Source: a virus | Direction: 5' to 3' (one strand) | IMG/VR virus record: IMGVR_UViG_3300043179_000057 | Location: 1,601-65,600 of that record | Length of the DNA: 64,000 bases | Shown here: one piece after another, positions 9,462 through 18,739 of the stretch | Position numbering within the stretch: position 1 is the stretch's first letter | Layout of the letters: each line of letters opens with the position of its first letter | Made by a program: the position numbers and the translations under genes | Notes under the pieces: generated by a model | What the model was told of the DNA's origin: nothing | Databases searched by the model: none | The model's input: the letters and a program-made list of their open reading frames with translations, nothing else

Positions 9462-10004
9462 ATGGAGAACAAGCTGGTTTCGTCTCGTTTCAAGCCGACA
9501 GGGAAGGCGGTCACCCACCCCCGCGGGCGCCTTGGCGACCCGAGAGCCTCGTTCATGGAGAGGATCGCCTCCCGGCTGTTCGTCCGGGAGGAGGTGCCCT
9601 CCAGGTCCCAGGCCGACAGGCTGTACCTGAGAAGGTTCCGCATCCTGGTGACGCCCTGGTTCAGGCTGTACCTGCACGTCTTCTACCTGTCGGACGACGA
9701 CCCCGACCCTCACGGCCACCCCTGGCCCTTCGTCACGTTTGTGATGCGGGGCGGCTACAGAGACGAGACCTGGTGGGTGACGGACGGCGGCATGCGCGGG
9801 GTCTACAGCAGGTCCCCGGTGCTGCGCGCGGGGAGCATCGCCGTGCGCGGGGTGGACCACATCCACCGAGTACGCCTCCTCGACCCGGGGCGGAGGACGT
9901 GGACCTTGGTGGTGACGGGTCGCCGGCAGCGGGAGTGGTTCTTCTACACCGAGAACGGCCCGATCCTGGGCGACGAGTACGGCAGGACAGAGACCCGGAC
10001 TTGA
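9462..10004 (+). CDS. Cupin-fold protein
   Basis: PHGHPWPFVTFVMRGGYRDE and HIHRV resemble the two cupin metal-binding motifs. Confidence 0.7.
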   Translation: MENKLVSSRFKPTGKAVTHPRGRLGDPRASFMERIASRLFVREEVPSRSQADRLYLRRFRILVTPWFRLYLHVFYLSDDDPDPHGHPWPFVTFVMRGGYRDETWWVTDGGMRGVYSRSPVLRAGSIAVRGVDHIHRVRLLDPGRRTWTLVVTGRRQREWFFYTENGPILGDEYGRTETRT

Positions 10005-10414
10005 GCGCCGAACGGGCCAAGGTAAGGCGCCCCGCGGGCACCTCGTCCTACGAGTGCTCGGAGTGCCGATGCAGGATCGACGAGCGGCGTTGCCTAGTCT
10101 GCGAGGCCGCCCTGTTCCCGCAGCGGTGTCGCGTATGCCGCAAGGAGTTCGAGCGACAGGACCGGCCATGCGAGGCTCTGCCTCCCGAGGAGGTCCAGAA
10201 GCGCCTTGAGGAGGACCCGGGTTTCGTGGCCATGAAGAAGTACCACTACTCCCTTGAGGAGATGATCGAGAGGCACCCGGACGGATGCGACGACTACCTC
10301 ATCTCCAAGGCGCTATGCATCACCCAGAAGCAGGTCCAGGCCATGTGGGCCAGGGTGGTTGTGAAGCTGCGCAAGGAGATGGGCGTCGGGAGGGAGGACC
10401 TGGGCCGTGGCTGA
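10001..10414 (+). CDS. Zinc-finger protein with a C-terminal HTH-like segment
   Basis: TTG start overlaps the upstream TGA; CxxC x3; DDYLISKALCITQKQVQAMWARVVVKLRKEM. Confidence 0.6.
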   Translation: MSAERAKVRRPAGTSSYECSECRCRIDERRCLVCEAALFPQRCRVCRKEFERQDRPCEALPPEEVQKRLEEDPGFVAMKKYHYSLEEMIERHPDGCDDYLISKALCITQKQVQAMWARVVVKLRKEMGVGREDLGRG

Positions 10415-13400
10415 CGAGAGGAACTTCGCCAGCCCGCACGTCCACCCGATGTCCCTCGACACGGGATCGACCGTGGAGTCCTTCGCCGACCGCGAGGAGG
10501 AGCTGGGTACCGGGGCCATCACGGCCACCGACCACGGCAGCCTGGCGGCCTGCCGCATGGTCTACGACGTGGCCAGGGAGCGCAAGCTGACCCCCATCCT
10601 GGGATGCGAGTTCTACTTCCGGGACGACGACTGCACCATCCTCCTCGGGGCCGGCGCCCAGAAGAACAAGGACGGCAAGCTGGTGGACTTCGTCAAGTAC
10701 ATGCACGGCACCGTGCACGCGCTCGACCAGCCGTCCTACGAGCGCCTGGGGGCCCTCCTGTCTCACGCCGACGCCAGGGCGGAACAGCACGGGCAGGAGC
10801 GCAAGCCGCTGTTCTCGTGGAAGGAGATGGAGGAGATCGGGGGCCTGAACGTCACCCTGGGCTCGGGGTGCCTCATCGGCATGGTGCAGCGCCACCTCCT
10901 GGAGAGGGACGACGCGGCCACCGCGGTGGCCTACTACGAGCGACTGCGTGGCCTCGCGCGCCCCGGCCACTTCTACGTGGAGGCCTTCCCCCACGACTGC
11001 AGCCGCAACTACACCAAGGCGGTCTTTCTGACCCTGGAGGACGGCCGGAAGCTGCGCTACCACTTCGACAAGAACCTGAGGACGACCGAGGGGGAGACCA
11101 CGGCGGAGGCGCTGGCCTTCCGCAAGGTCCGAGGCAAGCTGCTGGCGGTCAAGCACTACCGGAAGTGGGAGGACGAGGCCTCCCCGGTCGAGATCGTATC
11201 GGTGGACAAGGTCGAGGGGTTCGTGGAGAACCAGTGTCGCCCGTGGTGCAACACGACGGACGTGCAGGCGGGGACGAACAGGTTCATGCTGGCCATGGCT
11301 AGGAGGTACGGCGACCCCGTCCTGGTCAGCGACGACGCCCACTACGCCCACCCGGACGACAAGATCGTCCAGGACGTACGCCTGGCGCAGAGCGGGCCGT
11401 GGAGGTTCTACGGCAGCTACCACCGACAGTCATCTGAGGACGCCTTCGCTTACTTCGGCGCCCGGATGGGCGTCCCCCGGGCCGAGTTCGACTCCTGGGT
11501 GGAGAACAACGCGGCGTGGGCCGCCAGGTTCAAGGACTTCCGGTTCGAGTACAAGCCCAGCCTGCCTGCGAAGTTCTACCCCGAAGACACCGTCTCCTAC
11601 ATGACCGAGCTGATCAACCGGCACGGGCGCATGCGGTGGGACGACCAGAGGTACAAGGCCAGGCTCCGGGCGGAGGTGGAGATGCTCCACCTCAACGGCA
11701 CCATCGACCTGCTGCCCTACTTCTTCCTGGCCGAGGAGGCGTGCCGGCAGTACGCCGACCAGGGCGAGCTTACCGGGGTGGGCCGGGGGTCGGCCGCCGG
11801 CCTCCTGCTGGCCTACCTGCTCGGCATCACGCACATGGACCCCATCCGGTACGAGCTGTCCCTGGAGCGCTTCATCACGCTGGACCGCATCAAGAGCGGC
11901 AGCCTGCCGGACATCGACCTCGACTTCCCCGGGCGCGAGCTGCTGACCCGGGAGGGCGGCTGGCTCGACAAGAGGTTCGGGGCCCACTACGCGCAGATAT
12001 CGGTGGACACGACCCTGAGGCTGCGAAACGCGGCCAAGGACGTGGCTCGCCTGACCCGGGGGCACGTCCCGCCCCAGGTAGAGGCCCTGACCAAGAAGTT
12101 CGCCCAGCCCCCCCAGAACGTGGACGACAAAGACTTCGTGTTCGGGTACGAGTCCGACGACGGCACGCAGGTCAAGGGCTCCATAGAGACCGACGAGGCC
12201 CTGCGGCAGTACATCCGGGAGTTCCCCCGGGAGTGGGGCATCCTGCAGAAGTGCCTGGGCCTGGCGCGGAACAAGGGCCGACACGCGGCCGGGTTCGTGA
12301 TCGCCAACCGGCCCATCCACGAGTTCATCCCGCTCACCTCGGTGTCGGGCCACAAGGTCACGCAGTACACGGCCCCCTCGGTGGAGGCGTGCGGCGGCGT
12401 CAAGATGGACTTCCTGGTCATCAACAGCCTCAAGGACATCGGCGCCGCGGTGCGTCTGGTCCAGCAGAGGGCCGGTGTGGGCATCCCGAAGGAGGGCGCG
12501 ACCATAGACGGGATCCACGTGCCGGCCCACCGCCTGGTGCCCTTCCGGGGGCGCCTATACGACGTGTGGGACCTGCCCGAGGACGACGCGGTGTTCACCG
12601 ACACCCTCAAGGGCCGGACCGAGACCGTCTTCCAGCTAGACACCCCGGGAGCCACCGGGTGGTTGAAGAAGTTCGACCACCTGCGCCCCGACGGGCGGCC
12701 GCTGATCTGCAGCGTCCTGGACGGGGCCGCCTTCACGGCCCTCGACCGGCCCGGAGCCCTGGACGTCGAGCTGAAGAACCCGGAGGGGGGTCCGCCCCAC
12801 AACGCCCTGGTGGAGTACGCCAGGAGGGCCCGGGGCCTCGCCCCTAGCCCGGACGTCCCCTCCTTCCTATCCGAGCTGTTCCCGGAGACCCACGGGGTCA
12901 TGGTCTACCAGGAGCAGCTCCAGCGCGCCTACCAGCACCTCACGGGCTGCAGCGGCCCCGAGGCGGAGGAGTTTCGCCGCAACGTGGCAAAGAAGAAGAT
13001 GGACAAGGTCGAGAAGGCCTTCCCGTTCTTCCTGGCCGGCGCCTCGGCCAAGCTCGGGGAGGAGAACGCGCGGGGGGTGTGGAAGTTCTTCATCACCTGG
13101 GCCAAGTACGGGTTCAACAAGTCTCACGCGGCGTGCTACGCCCTGACGGGGTACGTGTGCGCCTTCATGAAGCACCACTACCCCCTGGAGTGGTGGTGCG
13201 CCGTGCTACGCAACGCGCACAAGGACGAGGTGTGTGTCCAGTTCTGGCCCTTCTGCGGCCACCTGGTGGACCTCCCCGACCTGTCTAGGCTGTCCAACGT
13301 GTTCGAGATCCACGGCGACCGCATCGTCGCCCCGGTCAGCCTCCTGCACGGGATCGGGGAGAAGGCGCACGGTCAGATCCTGCGCTACGCCCCCTACTCG

Positions 13401-14333
13401 GACCTGAACGACTTCTGCGCCAAGATCGTGCGCCACAAGAAGGACACCGGGGCCTACGTGGCCTCAGAGGTCGTGGACAAGAAGACCAAGCAGACCAAGG
13501 TCGAGCTGAAGTTCCGCGGCGGGCACAGCTCCATCCATCGCGGGGTCGTCCACAACCTGATCGTCTCGGGCACCATGGACTCAATCCTGCCCGAGGCCGT
13601 CCGCGGGGGGACGATGCTGGACAAGCTGGACGCCTTCGAGGCGGCTATGGAGGCCGCCGGGGAGAAGCCCGAGAGGGTCCCCGGATGGTACGCCCAGGTC
13701 GGGCCCCTGGCGAGGTACCTGTTGCGACGCGCCATCCTCCCGGCCTACTCCGAGGACCTACGGCCCGTCCTCCTTCAGGTCGGCTACAAAGGGGTCTCCA
13801 AGACCCCGGACGGGTGGTTCTGGGAGGGCCAGACGATGCTGGCCGACGCCCGCGACATGCGAGCCATCGACGAGCTGCCGTTCATCCCGGAGGGCGGCCT
13901 CCAGGTCGTCGTGGTGGGTCACGTTCTGGAGGTCAGGAACTTTCCCACCAGGCGCGGTCCGGCACGTGAGTTGCACCTTGACATCTCCGGGGAGAGGGTT
14001 AAAGTTGTCGCGTGGTCGAGGAACGGAGAGCTTCCTAAGAGGGTCAGCGCGGCGGGGGACGTGGCAGACGCGATAGTCCTGGTCGGGCTGTCGAAGTTCA
14101 GGGCCGGCAAGTCCTTCATGATAGACTGGGTCCAGGTTGCGCAGGAGCAGGTAGAGAAGGCTAAGGAGCGGTGGAATGTCGAAGAAGCGAAGCGTAAAGA
14201 CGATAGCAAAAGAGGTCCAAAAGGCAGAAAAGCTGACCAAGATGGACCCGGCCGACTACCCGGAGGCGACAAGGGCCGGGTGGGAGGCAAAGGCGAACTC
14301 CGCCAGGGAGGGCCTGCCGTCCCTCAAGGCTGA
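10407..14333 (+). CDS. dnaE: DNA polymerase III alpha subunit (family C)
   Basis: PHP motifs HVH, TDHG, GCEFY, DAHY; GRGSAAG..AYLLGIT..DP; PDIDLDF; KMDFL; VYQEQ; YGFNKSHA. Confidence 0.95.
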   Translation: MADERNFASPHVHPMSLDTGSTVESFADREEELGTGAITATDHGSLAACRMVYDVARERKLTPILGCEFYFRDDDCTILLGAGAQKNKDGKLVDFVKYMHGTVHALDQPSYERLGALLSHADARAEQHGQERKPLFSWKEMEEIGGLNVTLGSGCLIGMVQRHLLERDDAATAVAYYERLRGLARPGHFYVEAFPHDCSRNYTKAVFLTLEDGRKLRYHFDKNLRTTEGETTAEALAFRKVRGKLLAVKHYRKWEDEASPVEIVSVDKVEGFVENQCRPWCNTTDVQAGTNRFMLAMARRYGDPVLVSDDAHYAHPDDKIVQDVRLAQSGPWRFYGSYHRQSSEDAFAYFGARMGVPRAEFDSWVENNAAWAARFKDFRFEYKPSLPAKFYPEDTVSYMTELINRHGRMRWDDQRYKARLRAEVEMLHLNGTIDLLPYFFLAEEACRQYADQGELTGVGRGSAAGLLLAYLLGITHMDPIRYELSLERFITLDRIKSGSLPDIDLDFPGRELLTREGGWLDKRFGAHYAQISVDTTLRLRNAAKDVARLTRGHVPPQVEALTKKFAQPPQNVDDKDFVFGYESDDGTQVKGSIETDEALRQYIREFPREWGILQKCLGLARNKGRHAAGFVIANRPIHEFIPLTSVSGHKVTQYTAPSVEACGGVKMDFLVINSLKDIGAAVRLVQQRAGVGIPKEGATIDGIHVPAHRLVPFRGRLYDVWDLPEDDAVFTDTLKGRTETVFQLDTPGATGWLKKFDHLRPDGRPLICSVLDGAAFTALDRPGALDVELKNPEGGPPHNALVEYARRARGLAPSPDVPSFLSELFPETHGVMVYQEQLQRAYQHLTGCSGPEAEEFRRNVAKKKMDKVEKAFPFFLAGASAKLGEENARGVWKFFITWAKYGFNKSHAACYALTGYVCAFMKHHYPLEWWCAVLRNAHKDEVCVQFWPFCGHLVDLPDLSRLSNVFEIHGDRIVAPVSLLHGIGEKAHGQILRYAPYSDLNDFCAKIVRHKKDTGAYVASEVVDKKTKQTKVELKFRGGHSSIHRGVVHNLIVSGTMDSILPEAVRGGTMLDKLDAFEAAMEAAGEKPERVPGWYAQVGPLARYLLRRAILPAYSEDLRPVLLQVGYKGVSKTPDGWFWEGQTMLADARDMRAIDELPFIPEGGLQVVVVGHVLEVRNFPTRRGPARELHLDISGERVKVVAWSRNGELPKRVSAAGDVADAIVLVGLSKFRAGKSFMIDWVQVAQEQVEKAKERWNVEEAKRKDDSKRGPKGRKADQDGPGRLPGGDKGRVGGKGELRQGGPAVPQG
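13978..14005 (+). promoter_or_regulatory. Putative internal sigma70 promoter within dnaE
   Basis: TTGACA-16nt-TAAAGT in a locally AT-richer patch. Confidence 0.45.
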
Positions 14334-14988
14334 GTACCGGGAGGCGCTGCAGCAGCAGAGCGTTGCCGTCTTCGTGGTGGACGGGCGCTATTCCGGGAGG
14401 TTCGTGGAGCTGGCCATCCAGGAGGGGGTGGAGCTGTCGGCGGACGCGTCGCAGTTCTACAAGAAGCTCGCGCGCCGCGTCTGGACCACCATGGGGGGCT
14501 CGAAGGAGTTCACCTCCGACCAGTACGGAACCCTCATCCGCGGCCTCGTGAGCGAGGCCCGGGCGCTCGGCTTCAAGGACGTCACCATCTCGACGTCCCA
14601 GCCCTTCACCAGCTTTCAGGTGACCAGCGAGCAGGCGGTCGTCAAGTACGTTCGTGCCACGGTTCGACGCCTGACGGGAGACCGCATCAACAACGAGCTG
14701 ATCGCGCGGGCCATCACAGCGGCCGCCCTGGACTCGAAGGAGGGGCCGGGGGACGGACCGGTAGCGGTCCTGGTGTACGGGCTTGCCTCGGAGGAGGAGG
14801 CCAGGGCCGCTCAGCAGGCGTGGTCCTGCCCAACCAGCCGGATCGCAGACCCGGAGAAGGAGCCGACGGCCGACGACGTGCTGGCCTTCTTCCCGCGTCC
14901 GACCACGGATTCTCAGAGAGCGGCGGAGACCCCCAAGGGGGAAGTCTCCGAAAAGGAAAAACAAGAAGAAGAGACAGGGAGGGAATGA
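14176..14988 (+). CDS. Hypothetical protein, 270 aa
   Basis: Strong RBS AAGGAG at 14163-14168; ATGA overlap with the next gene. Confidence 0.75.
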   Translation: MSKKRSVKTIAKEVQKAEKLTKMDPADYPEATRAGWEAKANSAREGLPSLKAEYREALQQQSVAVFVVDGRYSGRFVELAIQEGVELSADASQFYKKLARRVWTTMGGSKEFTSDQYGTLIRGLVSEARALGFKDVTISTSQPFTSFQVTSEQAVVKYVRATVRRLTGDRINNELIARAITAAALDSKEGPGDGPVAVLVYGLASEEEARAAQQAWSCPTSRIADPEKEPTADDVLAFFPRPTTDSQRAAETPKGEVSEKEKQEEETGRE

Positions 14989-16109
14989 CGATGAGCAGTA
15001 ACCAGGCATACGACGACGACATCGCCGGTAGGTTCGGCAAGACCAACTACGAGAGAAGGAGCGTCTTCAAGAAGCCCCTCAAGTGGGAGGAGGGCGAGAA
15101 CGACTTCGGCATCTTGCCCGCGATGCACTCCATGCGCAACGTGGACAAGGGCTTCCGGCGCTACCTGACCCTCCACTACGGGTACCAGGTCCCCAGGACG
15201 GACGACCCCACCAAGACGCGCACCATCAACTTCCTCTGCATCGAGGACAAGAACCTGCGCACCGGGATGGTGAAGCAGGAGTGCCCGCAGTGCAACCTGT
15301 ACAACGAGCGGGACGCGCAGTTCGAGGAGACGGTGGACGGCTACAAGCGCGAGGGCAAGAGCGACGCCGAGATCGACCTGCTCACGGAGTCCAAGCAGAA
15401 GTGGCTCAAGGACTTCCGGCCACAGCGAAAGTGGTGGATGAACGTGTACGCCAAGGGGGAGTTCTTCTCGGCGGGCATCTCCCACAAGACCATGAAGCTG
15501 CTGGAGGTCGAGCTGGACAAGCTCTTCAAGCTGGGCATGGACCCCATCTCCATCGACAAGATGGTGATCTGGACCCTCAACCGCATCGGGGACCCCAGGA
15601 AGAACATCGGGGCGTTCACCGAGACGATCTCGCCGCGGATGGTCAACGAGGAGTTCCACGGGCGCGTCATCAGGTCTGAGAAGATCGTCTCTCTGACCAA
15701 CGAGCAGGCCCGGCAGGCCCTGGACACGTGCCAGGACCTGGCGACCATCGGGGAGTACCACCTGACGTACGACCAGATCCTGGCCTTGACCAGGTGCACC
15801 GAGGACCCGGAGGAGGTCCTGGCCATCGTCAGCCAGCCGTCTCGGCGGCAGGCACCCCCGGCCCAGGAGGTCCGCCAGCAGCCGACGGCCGCCCCCAGGG
15901 CGCAGACGCCCCAGGCCTCGGAGCCGGCCGCCGTCTCGTCGCACGGCCACGACCGGGCGGAGGCGTCCGTCACCATCCGAGTGGCCACCCAGGCGGCCCC
16001 TCCGGCCCCGGCCCAGGAGGTGGCCGCACCAGCGCCCGCGGCCCTCGCCATGGAGACCGACGAGGAGTTCATGGCGAAGTTCAACATCGGCAAGAAGACG
16101 ACGGGGTAG
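14985..16109 (+). CDS. T4 gp32-like single-stranded DNA-binding protein
   Basis: EGENDFGILP, HYGY, C...CPQC zinc site, Pro/Ala/Gln linker, acidic-aromatic tail ETDEEFMAKF; lies upstream of the recombinase. Confidence 0.75.
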   Translation: MTMSSNQAYDDDIAGRFGKTNYERRSVFKKPLKWEEGENDFGILPAMHSMRNVDKGFRRYLTLHYGYQVPRTDDPTKTRTINFLCIEDKNLRTGMVKQECPQCNLYNERDAQFEETVDGYKREGKSDAEIDLLTESKQKWLKDFRPQRKWWMNVYAKGEFFSAGISHKTMKLLEVELDKLFKLGMDPISIDKMVIWTLNRIGDPRKNIGAFTETISPRMVNEEFHGRVIRSEKIVSLTNEQARQALDTCQDLATIGEYHLTYDQILALTRCTEDPEEVLAIVSQPSRRQAPPAQEVRQQPTAAPRAQTPQASEPAAVSSHGHDRAEASVTIRVATQAAPPAPAQEVAAPAPAALAMETDEEFMAKFNIGKKTTG

Positions 16110-16598
16110 ATGGCCGACGACCTGCTGGTCTGCCCGCTTGGCTCCGGGGAGGGGTCGTTCCAGATCGACCTCGCCAGGGTCATGCGGGCGGACAGCCGGC
16201 ATGCGGAGGTTGGGACCGTCAACACCTTCAAGGCGCCGGAGCTGATGGCGGCCTTCAACATGGCGTGGATTGACGCGTCCAAGGCCGAGCGGCTCCTGCG
16301 GGCCCAGATGAAGAAGGCCGAGCGGTCCCTGGACGCCAGGAGGGCGGTCCTGCTCCTCGAAGAGGTGCCCAAGAGGCTGAAGGCGGCCGGGTACGACAAG
16401 TCCTCGGAGGACCTCCGCAGGGCGGTCCTGTCGCAGGACGTCGAGTACGCGGCCATTCAGGAGCGGATAGACCGCCTGGAGGCCTACGCGGAGATGATGA
16501 AGGTGCACGCGAAGGGGTTCGAGAACAGCTACACCGCGGTGAAGAAGGCGCTGGGGTCCGACCCTAGGTCGCCGCCAGTAAACGACGGACGATGGTAG
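16110..16598 (+). CDS. UvsY-like recombination mediator, putative
   Basis: All-helical; sits between SSB and RecA; LSQDVEYAAIQERIDRLEAYAEMMKVHAKGFENSYTAVK resembles the UvsY C-terminal helix pattern. Confidence 0.5.
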   Translation: MADDLLVCPLGSGEGSFQIDLARVMRADSRHAEVGTVNTFKAPELMAAFNMAWIDASKAERLLRAQMKKAERSLDARRAVLLLEEVPKRLKAAGYDKSSEDLRRAVLSQDVEYAAIQERIDRLEAYAEMMKVHAKGFENSYTAVKKALGSDPRSPPVNDGRW

Positions 16599-16617
16599 GA
16601 CGGAGGCACAGACGAGG

Positions 16618-17727
16618 ATGGCAAAGGACTTTCTGAAGAAGCTACAGGAGCTGGAGGGGGCGGTTCGGGGGGAGTACAACCCCTTCAACCACACGATCAG
16701 GACCCCCTCCCCGAGCACGAACTTCACGCTCGGCAACACCCACGGGCTGCCCCTCGGGTACTCGTGCATATTCTGGGGTCCGCCGGGCGAGGGAAAGTCC
16801 CTGCTCAGCAACCTCACCATCGGCCAGATGCACCGCGACGACCCCGAGGCCATCGCCCTCAAGTGGGACACCGAGTTCCGCGAGGAGGGGCAGATGACCA
16901 AGGAGTCGATGGCCATGTTCGGTATCGACCCGAAGCGCTACCAGGCGTGGAGCGTCAACAGCCCGTCCGAGGTGTTCGACCGGTTCGAGCAGGACGTGGC
17001 TGACCTGTGCGACCAGGGCGCCCCGATCAAGCTGGCGATCATCGACTCCATCACCGGGGTCAAGGGGAGGAGGTCGGAGAACGCCACAACCGTGGACACC
17101 ATGCAGAGGGGGGACCACGCGGCCACCATCCAGGACGGTCTGAAGATGATCCTGGCGGTCCAGCGCAAGTACCGGATCGCCGTCATCCTGACCGCCCACC
17201 AGCGGGCCGAGCAGGACGAGAAGGAGCTGGCCCGCCACGCCACGGTCCGCATGGCGGCCGCCTGGGGCATGAAGCACTACGGCGAGTACTACCTCAACGT
17301 GCGCGCCAACCGGAACAAGGACGGCCGCACCGACCTCCTGGAGAGGTCCCTGCGCGACGACTCCCTCCAGGACGTGCGTCTGGGGGAGGGCGAGCTGACC
17401 GCCCGCAAGATCCACACCACCGTGACGAAGTCGGCCTTCGGACCGTCCGGCCGCACCGGACAGTTCACCTTCGACTTCAAGAGGGGCATCATCAACGTCC
17501 ACGAGGAGGTGTTCCTCCTCGGGGTGGCCCGCGGCATCATCGAGGTGCTCCCCGGCAACCGGTTCTACGCCTTCGGCGGCAACAAGTGGAACGGGAAGGC
17601 CGCCATCCTGGAGGAGCTGGAGAAGAACGCGGAGATGCAGTCCGAGGTCCTCAGGCAGCTCCGCCAGAAGGACCTGGCCGGCGCCTGGTCCAAGGACGAG
17701 ATCCCGGAGCAGGGGGGAGAGGGGTAG
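16618..17727 (+). CDS. recA: RecA/UvsX recombinase
   Basis: Walker A GPPGEGKS, WDTE, Walker B IIDSIT, KSAFGP..R. Confidence 0.92.
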   Translation: MAKDFLKKLQELEGAVRGEYNPFNHTIRTPSPSTNFTLGNTHGLPLGYSCIFWGPPGEGKSLLSNLTIGQMHRDDPEAIALKWDTEFREEGQMTKESMAMFGIDPKRYQAWSVNSPSEVFDRFEQDVADLCDQGAPIKLAIIDSITGVKGRRSENATTVDTMQRGDHAATIQDGLKMILAVQRKYRIAVILTAHQRAEQDEKELARHATVRMAAAWGMKHYGEYYLNVRANRNKDGRTDLLERSLRDDSLQDVRLGEGELTARKIHTTVTKSAFGPSGRTGQFTFDFKRGIINVHEEVFLLGVARGIIEVLPGNRFYAFGGNKWNGKAAILEELEKNAEMQSEVLRQLRQKDLAGAWSKDEIPEQGGEG

Positions 17728-17730
17728 TCT

Positions 17731-18735
17731 ATGGCTCGCGGTCTACCGGCCGGGGCCTACGACGAGCAGAGGCTGCTGGCCTTCCTGGAGCAGGAGGGCC
17801 TGAGGGGGCCCGTAGGGCGCACCCACAAGTCCCTGGTCTTCGACTGCCCCCAGTGCAGCAAGCCATGCAAGGTGTACGTCCGCCACTGGGACGGGCGCTT
17901 CGTGTGCTGGTCCTGCGGGGAGAAGAACACTTTCCGCGGGGCCCCGGAGTGGTTCCTGGCCTACGCCTCCGGCAAGCCGGTGGCCCAGGTCCGGGAGTAC
18001 CTGTACGGGTCCGGGGTGGGGGCCATGGCCGCCAGCCTGCACCTGCCGTGGGGCGACGAGGAGGAGGACGAGGAGCTGGCCATGCCCATCGTGCAGTGGC
18101 CCCACCACTGCGTGCCCCTGGACGACAGGAAGGCGGCCAGGGGGGTCGCCTACCTGGAGGGGCGCGGCGTCCCGGCCTCCGTGGCGGCCGAGTACGGGGT
18201 CCACTACAGCCCGGTCGAGCGTCGGGTGTTCTTCCCGGTTAGGGCCGCCGGGTTCCTCGTTGGGTGGCAGGCGCGCCTCGTCATCCCGAACGAGTGGGTG
18301 GACGAGGACGGCAACACGAGGTCGGCCCCCAAGATCCTGTCCAGCCAGGACATCCCCAGGGACCGGGTCCTCATGTTCCAGGAGCGCCTGGTGCGGGGCG
18401 GGCACGCGGTCCTGACGGAGGGGCCGGTGGACGCCATCAAGTGCCACCTGGTGGGCGGCAACGTGTGCAGCATGGGGAAAACCGTCTCCCGGGGGCAGGT
18501 AGACGTCCTGCGCGAGGCCGAGGTGGGCCGGGTGTACCTCGGCCTGGACCCGGACGCGGCCTACGAGACTGGGCGCCTGGTGCGCGATCTGTCCGGGGAG
18601 GTGGAGGTCTATCTGCTACCGCCGCCCGAGGGCCGGAAGGACCTGGGCGAGGCCTCTATGGAGGAGGTCGCCCGCTCCTTTGCTTCTGCGGAGAAGGTGG
18701 CGTTCGGACGAATTTTCGCGTATATAGGAGGTTGA
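17731..18735 (+). CDS. dnaG: DNA primase (zinc-binding plus TOPRIM)
   Basis: CPQC...CWSC; TEGPVDA; LGLDPDAA; KDLGE. Confidence 0.88.
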   Translation: MARGLPAGAYDEQRLLAFLEQEGLRGPVGRTHKSLVFDCPQCSKPCKVYVRHWDGRFVCWSCGEKNTFRGAPEWFLAYASGKPVAQVREYLYGSGVGAMAASLHLPWGDEEEDEELAMPIVQWPHHCVPLDDRKAARGVAYLEGRGVPASVAAEYGVHYSPVERRVFFPVRAAGFLVGWQARLVIPNEWVDEDGNTRSAPKILSSQDIPRDRVLMFQERLVRGGHAVLTEGPVDAIKCHLVGGNVCSMGKTVSRGQVDVLREAEVGRVYLGLDPDAAYETGRLVRDLSGEVEVYLLPPPEGRKDLGEASMEEVARSFASAEKVAFGRIFAYIGG

Positions 18736-18739
18736 TACG

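Noticed and set aside
10998-11252. A functional self-splicing intein in dnaE
   Set aside because: About 85 aa is too short and the TxxH and penultimate His are missing; kept only as a possible Hint-like remnant.
14940-14990. A-rich tract as a replication origin
   Set aside because: It encodes EKEKQEEE at the end of a gene and has no iterons.
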